Assembly (NCBI GenBank): GCA_963666985.2
Contig: CAXXIA010000001.1
Location: 256,001 to 320,000, forward strand
DNA from: Spirochaetia bacterium
GTDB lineage: Bacteria; Spirochaetota; Spirochaetia; DSM-2461
DNA length: 64,000 bases
Direction of reading: 5' to 3'
Of this stretch, positions 49,443 to 57,686 are shown piece after piece. Position 1 is the first letter of the stretch. The number at the start of each line of letters is the position of its first letter. The notes under the pieces are model-generated. The model ran no database searches. It was not told the DNA's origin and was given only the letters and a program-made list of their open reading frames with translations. A program made the position numbers and the translations under genes.

Positions 49443-49795
49443 CAGAAGCCCCAGACCGCGATTCCCGCGCAGCATAGAAGAGCCCCCAGCAGTATTCGTC
49501 CGCCGGGACGTTCCCCGAGAAACAGACGTCCTCCGATTTGTACGAAAACACCGGTGAGGGCCGTTACCGCATAAGCCCGCGAAAGCGGGACCGTCTTGAG
49601 TACGTGCCAGTAAATAAACGGTACGCCGAGAACCAGCAGGAGTGCCCAGGGAGCCGGTCCTTTGAAAAAACTCTTGAGAAAGCGGACGAATCCGGCATCC
49701 GTAATCCAAACCGCCGCGCCCTTGCGAAGGAGAATCTGCCCCGCCGCACTGGCAATCACCACAATCAGCAGGAGAAAGAACTCTCCGGTATTCAC
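49442..49795 (-). CDS. SMR/EamA-like small membrane protein (ArnE/ArnF flippase-like)
   Basis: AGQILLRKGA, VPLSRAY, FLGE; 4 TM segments; GTGA-coupled start. Confidence 0.75.
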   Translation of the reverse strand: MNTGEFFLLLIVVIASAAGQILLRKGAAVWITDAGFVRFLKSFFKGPAPWALLLVLGVPFIYWHVLKTVPLSRAYAVTALTGVFVQIGGRLFLGERPGGRILLGALLCCAGIAVWGF

Positions 49796-50196
49796 TCCCG
49801 CCGTCCTTTGTCGGCAATAAGCACCGAACCGGTTGCGATGAGCACCGTTCCGATCAGTTTGCCCGGAGTCATCGATTCCCCGAAGAACAGCATTCCGGAA
49901 ACCAGCACCAGGGGATAAGCCAGGGACAGGAAGGGGTATACCCGGCTGACGGGCCGCCGGCGCAGAAGAAGAGCCCATACGGCTCCGCGGAGAAGGAAAA
50001 GGAAATAAGCGGCCGCGAGAAATCCGTTTAATCCGAACACCCATCGGGACGGGGCTTCGGCGCCGGCTTTCATCAAGGATTGGCTGACAACGATGATGAG
50101 AAGAACGAAAAGAACGGCGGCGGTATCGATACGGCGGATTCTGCGCGGCGAATATGACACGAAATTCAGAATATCCGCCGCTTCTAAGATGAGCAA
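49792..50196 (-). CDS. SMR/EamA-like small membrane protein (ArnE/ArnF flippase-like)
   Basis: SQSLMKAGA, PVSRVYPFLSLAYPLV, FFGESMTPGKLIG. Start uncertain. Confidence 0.75.
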   Translation of the reverse strand: MLILEAADILNFVSYSPRRIRRIDTAAVLFVLLIIVVSQSLMKAGAEAPSRWVFGLNGFLAAAYFLFLLRGAVWALLLRRRPVSRVYPFLSLAYPLVLVSGMLFFGESMTPGKLIGTVLIATGSVLIADKGRRE

Positions 50197-50266
50197 GCCG
50201 AACCGATCGTATCCTTCGGCGTCCGTGAAGAATCGCCGCGCGGACTCTTCGGGCGGATGTGTTCGG

Positions 50267-50635
50267 CTATGAAGATTTTAAACCGAGGAGAATCCGTTTC
50301 ACGATGAAGAAGATCAGGAGAATCCAAACGGCGACGATGACGGGAACGAAGAACCATTTTTTCCGAAGAATCGGCCGTTCGGTTTCCGATGCTGTTCGTG
50401 CTTCCCGAAGAATATCGTCCGGAATGGATTTGAGTGTCAGGAAAATGAGAACCGGAAGAATCACAAGGTCGTCAAGAAGCCCCAGAACAGGAATGAAGTC
50501 CGGAATAAGGTCGATGGGAGAAAGTGCGTAAGCAAGAGTAAGAAAGGCCAGGATTTTCGGCGGAATCCCGAGTTTAGGATGCCGAAAGGCTATGGAAATC
50601 ATAAGGATGTTCCGTTTGATTCCCTTAGCCTTCAT
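50267..50635 (-). CDS. YkvA / DUF1232 membrane protein
   Basis: YALSPIDLIPDFIPVLGLLDD. Confidence 0.9.
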   Translation of the reverse strand: MKAKGIKRNILMISIAFRHPKLGIPPKILAFLTLAYALSPIDLIPDFIPVLGLLDDLVILPVLIFLTLKSIPDDILREARTASETERPILRKKWFFVPVIVAVWILLIFFIVKRILLGLKSS

Positions 50636-50740
50636 GCGAATCCAACTCTTGATTCGCGTAAAGTGTTCTTTCTTCGTTTTATCGTTCAGCGATTGAGCCC
50701 TCTTTCGCTTCGTTGTTCGATGGGTGCGGCGTTTCGCCGT

Positions 50741-51328
50741 TTACTCAACAGAGTATCGCTCCCGGAGAAGGATGCATAGGCGGTTCAGCCGAGGATCTTT
50801 TGGGCCGGAAAGACCGGCATCGTTGATCATGTCCGTTCGTTCTTTTCGGCACCATGCGTACAGCCTGGCCGCTCCGTCGTCGGGATTTCCCGCGGTCTGA
50901 GCGATGCGAACCATGTCTTTCAGTTCACCGAGATTCAGAAAGAGGTGTGCATTGCCCATTACGATATTGAAGTTCTTCGGACTTCCGGCTTGAACTATGT
51001 CGACAACATCGGGCGCTTTTGCGGGCGCTTGGCCGCCTGATGTTGTCGCGGTTCCCTTCTTGGAATTGGCCAGATCGACGGCCGCTTTATTGAGTTCGAC
51101 GACTTTTTTGTTGTACATCATTGTTTTAACTTGAGTGATCAGCCAGGAGATTTCTTCGGCTTCCAGATTTTCGAGAAGACCGATCAGTTCTCCTTTGGGC
51201 CCTTTCGCGGTTTCTTGAGATGACGTTTTTTTCGCGGCGGTCGTCTTCGGAGTCGTTTTCCCGGAAGCCGGTTTTTTTGCCTTAGCCGTTACCGTAATGA
51301 CTTTTTTCGTACCGGTTTGCTTCGCCAT
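50741..51328 (-). CDS. Hypothetical protein with a Lys/Thr/Ala-rich N-terminal tail
   Basis: GGAGG SD and a basic low-complexity N-terminus followed by a helical globular region. Confidence 0.75.
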   Translation of the reverse strand: MAKQTGTKKVITVTAKAKKPASGKTTPKTTAAKKTSSQETAKGPKGELIGLLENLEAEEISWLITQVKTMMYNKKVVELNKAAVDLANSKKGTATTSGGQAPAKAPDVVDIVQAGSPKNFNIVMGNAHLFLNLGELKDMVRIAQTAGNPDDGAARLYAWCRKERTDMINDAGLSGPKDPRLNRLCILLRERYSVE

Positions 51329-51562
51329 GAACGATCCTCCGAATCTTATTTTAACTCATTCGTGAAAAAATCGTTGAAAGATTGTCGGAACCGAGGCGGA
51401 ATTATGGCAAATGCCCAATTTCGGTTGGTTTTAATGGAAAACTGTCGAAAATGAAGGCATCATGAAGCTGATGAGAGCCCTGATTATTACGCTTTCCATA
51501 GCGATTCTTATAGCAAATACGCTGATATTCTGATTCGTCCGGGAACGGCGGCACGGCGGAAT

Positions 51563-52570
51563 CTATGCGGTCGACTGCATTTCTTCCGTAACCATATTCG
51601 GACAAACTTCTCCGCGTTCAAGAGTTTTGAGATTTTCGAAGGTCGTATCCCGTATATTATCCACCGCTTCACGGGTGAAGAAGGCTTGATGGGCGGTAAT
51701 GAGAACATTGGGGAACGTCTGGAGCCGTACGAAAGTATCGTCCTGAATGACTTCATTTGAGAGATCTTCAAAGAACAGATCATCTTCCTCCTCGTAGACA
51801 TCCAGTCCGACGGCCCCGATTTTCCTGGTTTTTAAACCCTCGATAACGGCTTCCGAATCGATAAGAGATCCGCGGGACGTATTTATAAGCATGACTCCCT
51901 GTTTCATGCTTTTGATGGCGTAATGATTGATCAAATGGTACGTCTCATGCGTGAGAGGACAGTGCAGGGAAATGATATCGCTCTGCCTGTACAGCTCCTC
52001 CAAGGAAACATATTCGGCTCCGGCCGCCTCGGCTTTTGTCGAAGGGTATTTGTCATAAGCCAGGATTTTTACGCCGAAACCGGAGAGAATGCTGATAAAG
52101 ACTCTTCCAATTTTACCCGTACCGATAACACCTATGGTTTTGCCGTGCAGATCAAATCCCATAAGACCGTCCAGGGAGAAATTTCCCTCACGGACGCGGG
52201 CGTGCGCGCGATGAAATTTACGGTTCAGACTCAAAATGAGTCCCAGGGCGTGTTCCGCGATGGCATTGGGCGAATAAGAGGGAACCCGACAAACGGAAAT
52301 CCCGTGAGCCTTGGCACTTCTGACATCGACGTTGTTGAATCCCGCGCAGCGCAAGGCGATAAAACGCACACCGAGTTCCGCCAGGACTTTAATTGTCGAT
52401 GCCCCTACCTCGTCGTTAACGAAGATGCAGACGGCTTCGAATCCGGCCGCGAGACGGGCGGTTTCCTCGTTTAAATTCGTTTCGAAGAACGTTATATCGA
52501 TCGAATCGGGAACGTTTTGAGAAAAAGATTCCCGGACCCATTTTTTGGTTCCGAAGACGGCAAGTTTCAT
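51563..52570 (-). CDS. ldhA: D-lactate dehydrogenase (D-2-hydroxyacid dehydrogenase)
   Basis: AVCIFVND, LRCAGFNNVD, RVPSYSP, GTGKIG, SLHCPLT, INTSRG, GLDVYEEE, TAHQAFFT. Confidence 0.93.
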   Translation of the reverse strand: MKLAVFGTKKWVRESFSQNVPDSIDITFFETNLNEETARLAAGFEAVCIFVNDEVGASTIKVLAELGVRFIALRCAGFNNVDVRSAKAHGISVCRVPSYSPNAIAEHALGLILSLNRKFHRAHARVREGNFSLDGLMGFDLHGKTIGVIGTGKIGRVFISILSGFGVKILAYDKYPSTKAEAAGAEYVSLEELYRQSDIISLHCPLTHETYHLINHYAIKSMKQGVMLINTSRGSLIDSEAVIEGLKTRKIGAVGLDVYEEEDDLFFEDLSNEVIQDDTFVRLQTFPNVLITAHQAFFTREAVDNIRDTTFENLKTLERGEVCPNMVTEEMQSTA

Positions 52571-52585
52571 TGTACCGGCTCCTTA

Positions 52586-52641
52586 GTCTTGAAATAGTAC
52601 AAGACCAGTAATAAATTAAAATCATTACTGCCGTAAGTCAA
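52586..52641 (-). promoter_or_regulatory. ldhA promoter with overlapping inverted repeats
   Basis: Minus-strand TTGACT-N17-TAATTT (52641-52613). CAGTAAT-N11-ATTACTG (52606-52630) brackets the -10, and GTCTTG-N8-CAAGAC (52586-52605) lies next to the SD. Confidence 0.55.
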
Positions 52642-52852
52642 GGTTTTCTTCATCGAAATAGATAAAAAAATAGCGAAATCATTTGCGCGGAAAAAGCTCC
52701 GCGCTCGAAAACGGGAATTCAGTCTTTATTGAGGTCCTTTCATCATTCGTGAAATTGTTTCCATCCGATGGCCGAAATCCCTTTGAACACGCTTTTAGAA
52801 AGGTTGTGTTTTAAAGGCCGCTGTTATGTGACATCACTTTTATGAATCCGGA

Positions 52853-53578
52853 TTAAATCCAAGAAGCCTTCATGCGGCAGAGTTCGGTATCGTCGCTTCG
52901 CCGTTTCAGGGAAAAGTCCCGAATACCTTCCTCGCCTCCGGTAAGAACGTCGAGCTCATCTCCAAGAAAGCCTTCGGCCAGGAAATTAATTTCCAGTTCT
53001 GCGAGTGTCTTGTCATCCAGAAATCCCGGATCTACGGCATCCACCATCCATTTGAGGTATCGGACGTTGTTCACGTGGGAGTGGAGATCGATATCGTGGT
53101 ACCCGGCTTTCACCGAACTTTTTCGTTCCAATCCGTCTGCCTGATTCAGGGCCTTCAGATCGTTCTCCCGGACTTTTTCAACACCCGAAAGATCCATATC
53201 GTTTCCAAAAGGAGCGGGTTTCGGTCTTCGACTCTCCCTGTCCATAACGAACCACAGGCTTGTCGCCGCGCCGATTGCACCGCCATTCTCATCAAAAATT
53301 CGGTAATCACGGTTCCATGTAAGGGCGCTTTTGCCCGAGGGCCAGGTTTCGACACGAAGACTCTCATGCCATCGAGGAATGCGATCCATTCGGAGCCATT
53401 GCCGGGAAAGAACCCATTGAAGGCCTTCTTCTTTTAAAAGCGTATAGCCCCATCCGAGATTCTCGGCGTGCATTACGGCGGTTTCCTGAAGGAGGCTGCA
53501 CAGATAGGGGATGGTAATTCTTGCCTTGCGGTCGCATCCGTCGGTTGTAACGGGCCATTCGGCTGAATAAGTCGGCAT
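52853..53578 (-). CDS. Acyl-ACP thioesterase (FatA/B family)
   Basis: LQETAVMHA, WVLSR, VETWP, DIDLHSHVNNVRY. AAGGAG SD supports ATG 53578. Confidence 0.9.
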   Translation of the reverse strand: MPTYSAEWPVTTDGCDRKARITIPYLCSLLQETAVMHAENLGWGYTLLKEEGLQWVLSRQWLRMDRIPRWHESLRVETWPSGKSALTWNRDYRIFDENGGAIGAATSLWFVMDRESRRPKPAPFGNDMDLSGVEKVRENDLKALNQADGLERKSSVKAGYHDIDLHSHVNNVRYLKWMVDAVDPGFLDDKTLAELEINFLAEGFLGDELDVLTGGEEGIRDFSLKRRSDDTELCRMKASWI

Positions 53579-54040
53579 AAAATCGTTCTCCTTAATCGGA
53601 TCGAGGCGAACCGAGTCATATTGTTCAATCAAGAGGTGTTTTCAAAATAGTGAATTCATTTCGTGAGTAAGGCAGCCGGAACACAGAAAGCGCCGTGTCG
53701 TAAAGCTACATGAGCATTTCGAACACCGCCGAACGCCGCTTACGGAATTAAGGTGCATTATGAAAGAGCCTCTCAAGTTCATTCATTATGGCAAGGAAAC
53801 GGCGAAAGGGAGAAGGGCGGGGAATAATTCTAAGATTTGTATTTTCAGAGGCTTTGTCGGAACACCGCGGAAAAACCGGCCGAAGTGTCGGAAAGCGATT
53901 GCGACGGGTGTTTGAGGATTGTAAAAATCAATAAGCGTTCTTGCCCGCCGAGAGGCGTATTCGGGCTTCCTGTATGTTTGCACCTTTTCTCCGGGCAAGA
54001 TAATGAGAACAGTCCATCCCGCCGATCTGTTAAAATCGGC

Positions 54041-55885
54041 ATGTACATGGTTCTTGATTCACGTAAGACAACTATTTTGAATACGCTTCTCCGCAAATCC
54101 GGCTACGTAACCGGAGAGATGCTTTCCATCGCGGCCAAAGCCGCTTTGCGCACCATCAGAACCGATATTCACGATTTGTCTCTGGGACTGGCCGAAGCGG
54201 GAGTTTCTCTGAGGTCCATGCCCGGTCTCGGATATTTCATTGAAAGCGATGATAGGGAACATGTTCGCCGCTGGATGCGTGAGGATTGTGAGCATCAACC
54301 TTCTTCGCCCGCCGAGAGGCGGCTGTTTTTTATCGGAGCTCTGTTTGCAGGTCCCCTCAATCTTCATTTCCTGCCTCCGGGATTCTCTCAAAGTCCTTCG
54401 ACAAGAGAAAAGGATTTGGAATTCGGCAGAAAATGGTTTTCCCGATATGATCTGAAAATTCTCCGCCGTGATGAAATCCTGGTTCTTGAAGGATCCGATG
54501 CGGCGAAAAGGGAGGCTTTCCCTTCATACTGCGCCGAATCTGCGGAACGAACCGGACAGGATGTCTGCTTAATTCTTGAAAATGAATTTCCTGAATTCGG
54601 TAATGCCTCCGCAGCTTTGGAATCTTTTTTAGCCGAATCGAACTTGATTCTCGAGGATGATCTCTTTGAACGAATTCTGGTTTATCTGCTTTCCTGCCTG
54701 CGGTTTCCCCCGGAAGAACACGGCGGAGCGAAGACTTCCGGAGAGACCGAGGATTTCATAAATCGGCTCGCGCGTTTTATGGAGCCGTTTGCGGATCGCC
54801 GTTCCAAGCGGTTCGCGAGAGAACTTTATTCCCGTTTTCCAAACGCCTTAATCCCCGAGCCCCCGAAGCGAGATCAAAAAAAGATTGAGAACACTCTGGA
54901 ACGTTTGCGCCTTAAGGCGCCTTTTGTCGTCGATGAGAAACTTCGTGACGGGCTGACGCGGGTTTATCGGGATGCCGCATCGGCGGCCGAGAGGCTTCAT
55001 CCTCCGCTTATTTCTCTTGAAGAATTGGAGCGATGTTATCCGGGAGCCCTCCGCATGGCTTCCGATTTTGAAGATCTTCTCGCGGAGCCTCCTCCGGTTC
55101 ATTTCGGAGCCGATCGTCTGGTGGATTTCGGACTTTGCTTTGCGGCGAATCTTGAGCGATACGGAGTTCCCGAAAGGCGAAAACGCCTGGCGGCCGTCTG
55201 TTCGGCCGATACGGGAGGGACGCAGCTTTTTTTTGCGAAACTTGAGCGTTATGTCGGTGATGCCGAGATTCTCGGAGTCTTCCCAAAGCATTCGTTGAAA
55301 ACATCTGAAAAATCTTCTCCGGATTTATTCGTCAGTACGGTGCCGCTCGAAACGGATTTTCCGACGTTTTTAATTCCGGATATCTTTGACGACGGCCGTT
55401 TTGAAGAATTGGCCGTGTATCTGGGAGCGTTGAGAGAAGGCCGATCTCCTCTGCTCGAGACCCTGACCGAAAACCTTTATCTTGGAGAATTGAATGCCGA
55501 ATCGGAGGAGGAAGTTCTTTCGATTATGGGCAAACGATTAATCAAATCGGGGAAGGTCGCTGATGATTTTGTCCGGAGGGTTATCCGCAGGGAAAGAATC
55601 ATGAGTACATGTATCGGCAATGGTGTCGCCGTTCCACATGCGATGCCCGCATCGGGCGGTGAGAACGCGGTTTGTACGGCCTTGCTTCGGCGGCCGATTC
55701 TTTGGGGCGGTGAATCCGTACATACGATTTTTCTGCTTTCTCTGGACGGACCGGATTTGGTTCATAGGGAAATCTTTCGCGAGCTCTACGGACTGATTAA
55801 TGATAAAGACACGATAAAGGAATTTCGGCAAAGCGGAGATTTCAGTGTCTTACGGCAAGTAATGGAAAGGAACATGCATGAATGA
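54041..55885 (+). CDS. MtlR/ManR-like PTS-regulated transcription regulator (HTH, degenerate PRD, EIIB, EIIA)
   Basis: N-terminal HTH (LRTIRTDI), EIIB-like VCSADTGG, EIIA RERIMSTCIGNGVAVPH. Confidence 0.8.
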   Translation: MYMVLDSRKTTILNTLLRKSGYVTGEMLSIAAKAALRTIRTDIHDLSLGLAEAGVSLRSMPGLGYFIESDDREHVRRWMREDCEHQPSSPAERRLFFIGALFAGPLNLHFLPPGFSQSPSTREKDLEFGRKWFSRYDLKILRRDEILVLEGSDAAKREAFPSYCAESAERTGQDVCLILENEFPEFGNASAALESFLAESNLILEDDLFERILVYLLSCLRFPPEEHGGAKTSGETEDFINRLARFMEPFADRRSKRFARELYSRFPNALIPEPPKRDQKKIENTLERLRLKAPFVVDEKLRDGLTRVYRDAASAAERLHPPLISLEELERCYPGALRMASDFEDLLAEPPPVHFGADRLVDFGLCFAANLERYGVPERRKRLAAVCSADTGGTQLFFAKLERYVGDAEILGVFPKHSLKTSEKSSPDLFVSTVPLETDFPTFLIPDIFDDGRFEELAVYLGALREGRSPLLETLTENLYLGELNAESEEEVLSIMGKRLIKSGKVADDFVRRVIRRERIMSTCIGNGVAVPHAMPASGGENAVCTALLRRPILWGGESVHTIFLLSLDGPDLVHREIFRELYGLINDKDTIKEFRQSGDFSVLRQVMERNMHE

Positions 55886-56327
55886 ATTATTAAATGGCGA
55901 TCTGATTGATTGTAATTTGAAGAGCCGAGACGGACGCGTGGCTGCCGAAGCTCTTGCGGAGTTACTGCTCAAAAACGGAAGAGTTTCCGACAAAGCCGCC
56001 TTTTTGAAGGATGTCTGGGAAAGGGAGGCCGTTTCCTCCACGGATACCGGAATCGGAGTTGCCATACCTCATGGACGCTCCCAAGCCGTCATTCAAACCT
56101 CGGTCGCCATCGGACGTCATCCCGAGGGGATTTTTTGGGACGACGAAACGGTTCAAGCCGTTGTTCTGCTGGCGGTGAAAGACGATCCGGAAGGATTAAC
56201 CCATTTGGAACTCATTTCCGAGATTTCAACAATGCTGATGGATGATGATTTTCTCGAAGTTCTTTTTCATGCGGAAAAAGATGACTTGCTGAACGAAATA
56301 GACCGAAGGCTGAAGGAGGCAAAATGA
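55878..56327 (+). CDS. PTS fructose-family EIIA
   Basis: WEREAVSSTDTGIGVAIPHG. Confidence 0.92.
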   Translation: MNELLNGDLIDCNLKSRDGRVAAEALAELLLKNGRVSDKAAFLKDVWEREAVSSTDTGIGVAIPHGRSQAVIQTSVAIGRHPEGIFWDDETVQAVVLLAVKDDPEGLTHLELISEISTMLMDDDFLEVLFHAEKDDLLNEIDRRLKEAK

Positions 56328-56638
56328 ATATAATCGCAGTAACATCGTGTCCCATCGGAGCCGCTCATACGTACATGGCGGCCGCGGCTTTGGAGAAGGC
56401 CGCCAAGAAAACAGGACACACGATTAAAGTGGAAACGCAAGGCGGACTGGGATTCAAGAACAAAATCGATTCGGATGATGTCCGTGCGGCCGATGTTCTG
56501 ATTCTGGCGACCGATGTGGCGTGTTTGGAGGCCGAGCGTTTCGATGGTATACCGACACTTGAGGTTTCCACCAAGGAATGCATTAAGGATTCATTATCCG
56601 TGATCAGCCGGGCGCTGGAACTGTCGTCCGCGAAATAG
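56324..56638 (+). CDS. PTS fructose-family EIIB
   Basis: AVTSCPIGAAHTYMAA, KVETQG. Confidence 0.94.
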   Translation: MNIIAVTSCPIGAAHTYMAAAALEKAAKKTGHTIKVETQGGLGFKNKIDSDDVRAADVLILATDVACLEAERFDGIPTLEVSTKECIKDSLSVISRALELSSAK

Positions 56639-56645
56639 GGAGTAA

Positions 56646-57677
56646 ATGATGGCACAATCAAAGGGTTTTTTCGGAGACGTTAAGCGGCATTTAATGACGG
56701 GCGTTTCGTTCATGCTGCCGGCCATTGTGGTCTATGCGCTGTTCATGGTTCTGGGGCAGGTCGGGGGGGCTTTCGGCGAATTCGCCATTTCGTTGAGCAA
56801 CTTCGCCAAGATGCTCATCGTGCCGCTTCTTTCGGCCTATATCGCCTTTTCCATCGCGGGCAAACTGGCTTTGGTTCCGGCGATTATCATCGGTCTCATG
56901 TCCGACCAGATGGGTATGGGCTTTATCGGCGGACTCGTGGTGGGATTGCTGACCGGATATCTGATTAAAATCATTCTTTTATTGGTGGAGAAGGCCAAAG
57001 GCGGACACACTCTGGATTTGATTACCGGTTTTATTCTGGGGCCCATCGTCGGAACGATGATTATGGGTTTGATTGTCTACTTCCTGATTGCCGCGCCCGT
57101 TGCGTCGATGATGAAGTTCCTCAATGCCTGGCTCGTCGGTTTAAGCGGTATCAGCGTTGTACTCATTTCCGTTATTCTTGCGGCGTTTCTGGCCTTCGAC
57201 ATGGGGGGGCCGTTTAATAAGGTCGCATATTCCTTCATGATTCTCGCCAGTACCGAGGGCGCCTTTCATATTGTCGGACCGGCCCTGGTGGCCATTACGG
57301 TGCCGCCTCTGGCTCTGGGAATCTCCACGCTTGTTTCCAAGAAAAAGTATGACGAAGAGGAACGGGCCGCCGGTAAAACGGCTCTTGTTCTTTCCGCATT
57401 CGGACTTACCGAAGGGGCCATTCCCTTCGCCGCGACCGATCCTTTAAGGGGAATCCCTTCCATTATTTTCGGTTCCGTGGTGGGTTCTGTTTCGGCGGCT
57501 CTCTTCGGCGTCGCCAATACCTCCGTGGTTCCCTCCCTCATGGGAATTTTCTTCGGCATGGCGGGGACTTACGGGATTCTTGACATCCTTTTATACATCC
57601 TTTCTCATTGTCTGGGCGCCGCCGCCGTTATTCTGATTTTGCATTTCTGGAAGAAAGACGCGCCGGTAGAGGACTGA
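56646..57677 (+). CDS. PTS fructose-family EIIC
   Basis: RHLMTGVSFMLP, AFDMGGPFNKVAY, TEGAIPFAATDP. Confidence 0.94.
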   Translation: MMAQSKGFFGDVKRHLMTGVSFMLPAIVVYALFMVLGQVGGAFGEFAISLSNFAKMLIVPLLSAYIAFSIAGKLALVPAIIIGLMSDQMGMGFIGGLVVGLLTGYLIKIILLLVEKAKGGHTLDLITGFILGPIVGTMIMGLIVYFLIAAPVASMMKFLNAWLVGLSGISVVLISVILAAFLAFDMGGPFNKVAYSFMILASTEGAFHIVGPALVAITVPPLALGISTLVSKKKYDEEERAAGKTALVLSAFGLTEGAIPFAATDPLRGIPSIIFGSVVGSVSAALFGVANTSVVPSLMGIFFGMAGTYGILDILLYILSHCLGAAAVILILHFWKKDAPVED

Positions 57678-57686
57678 CGATTCCGT

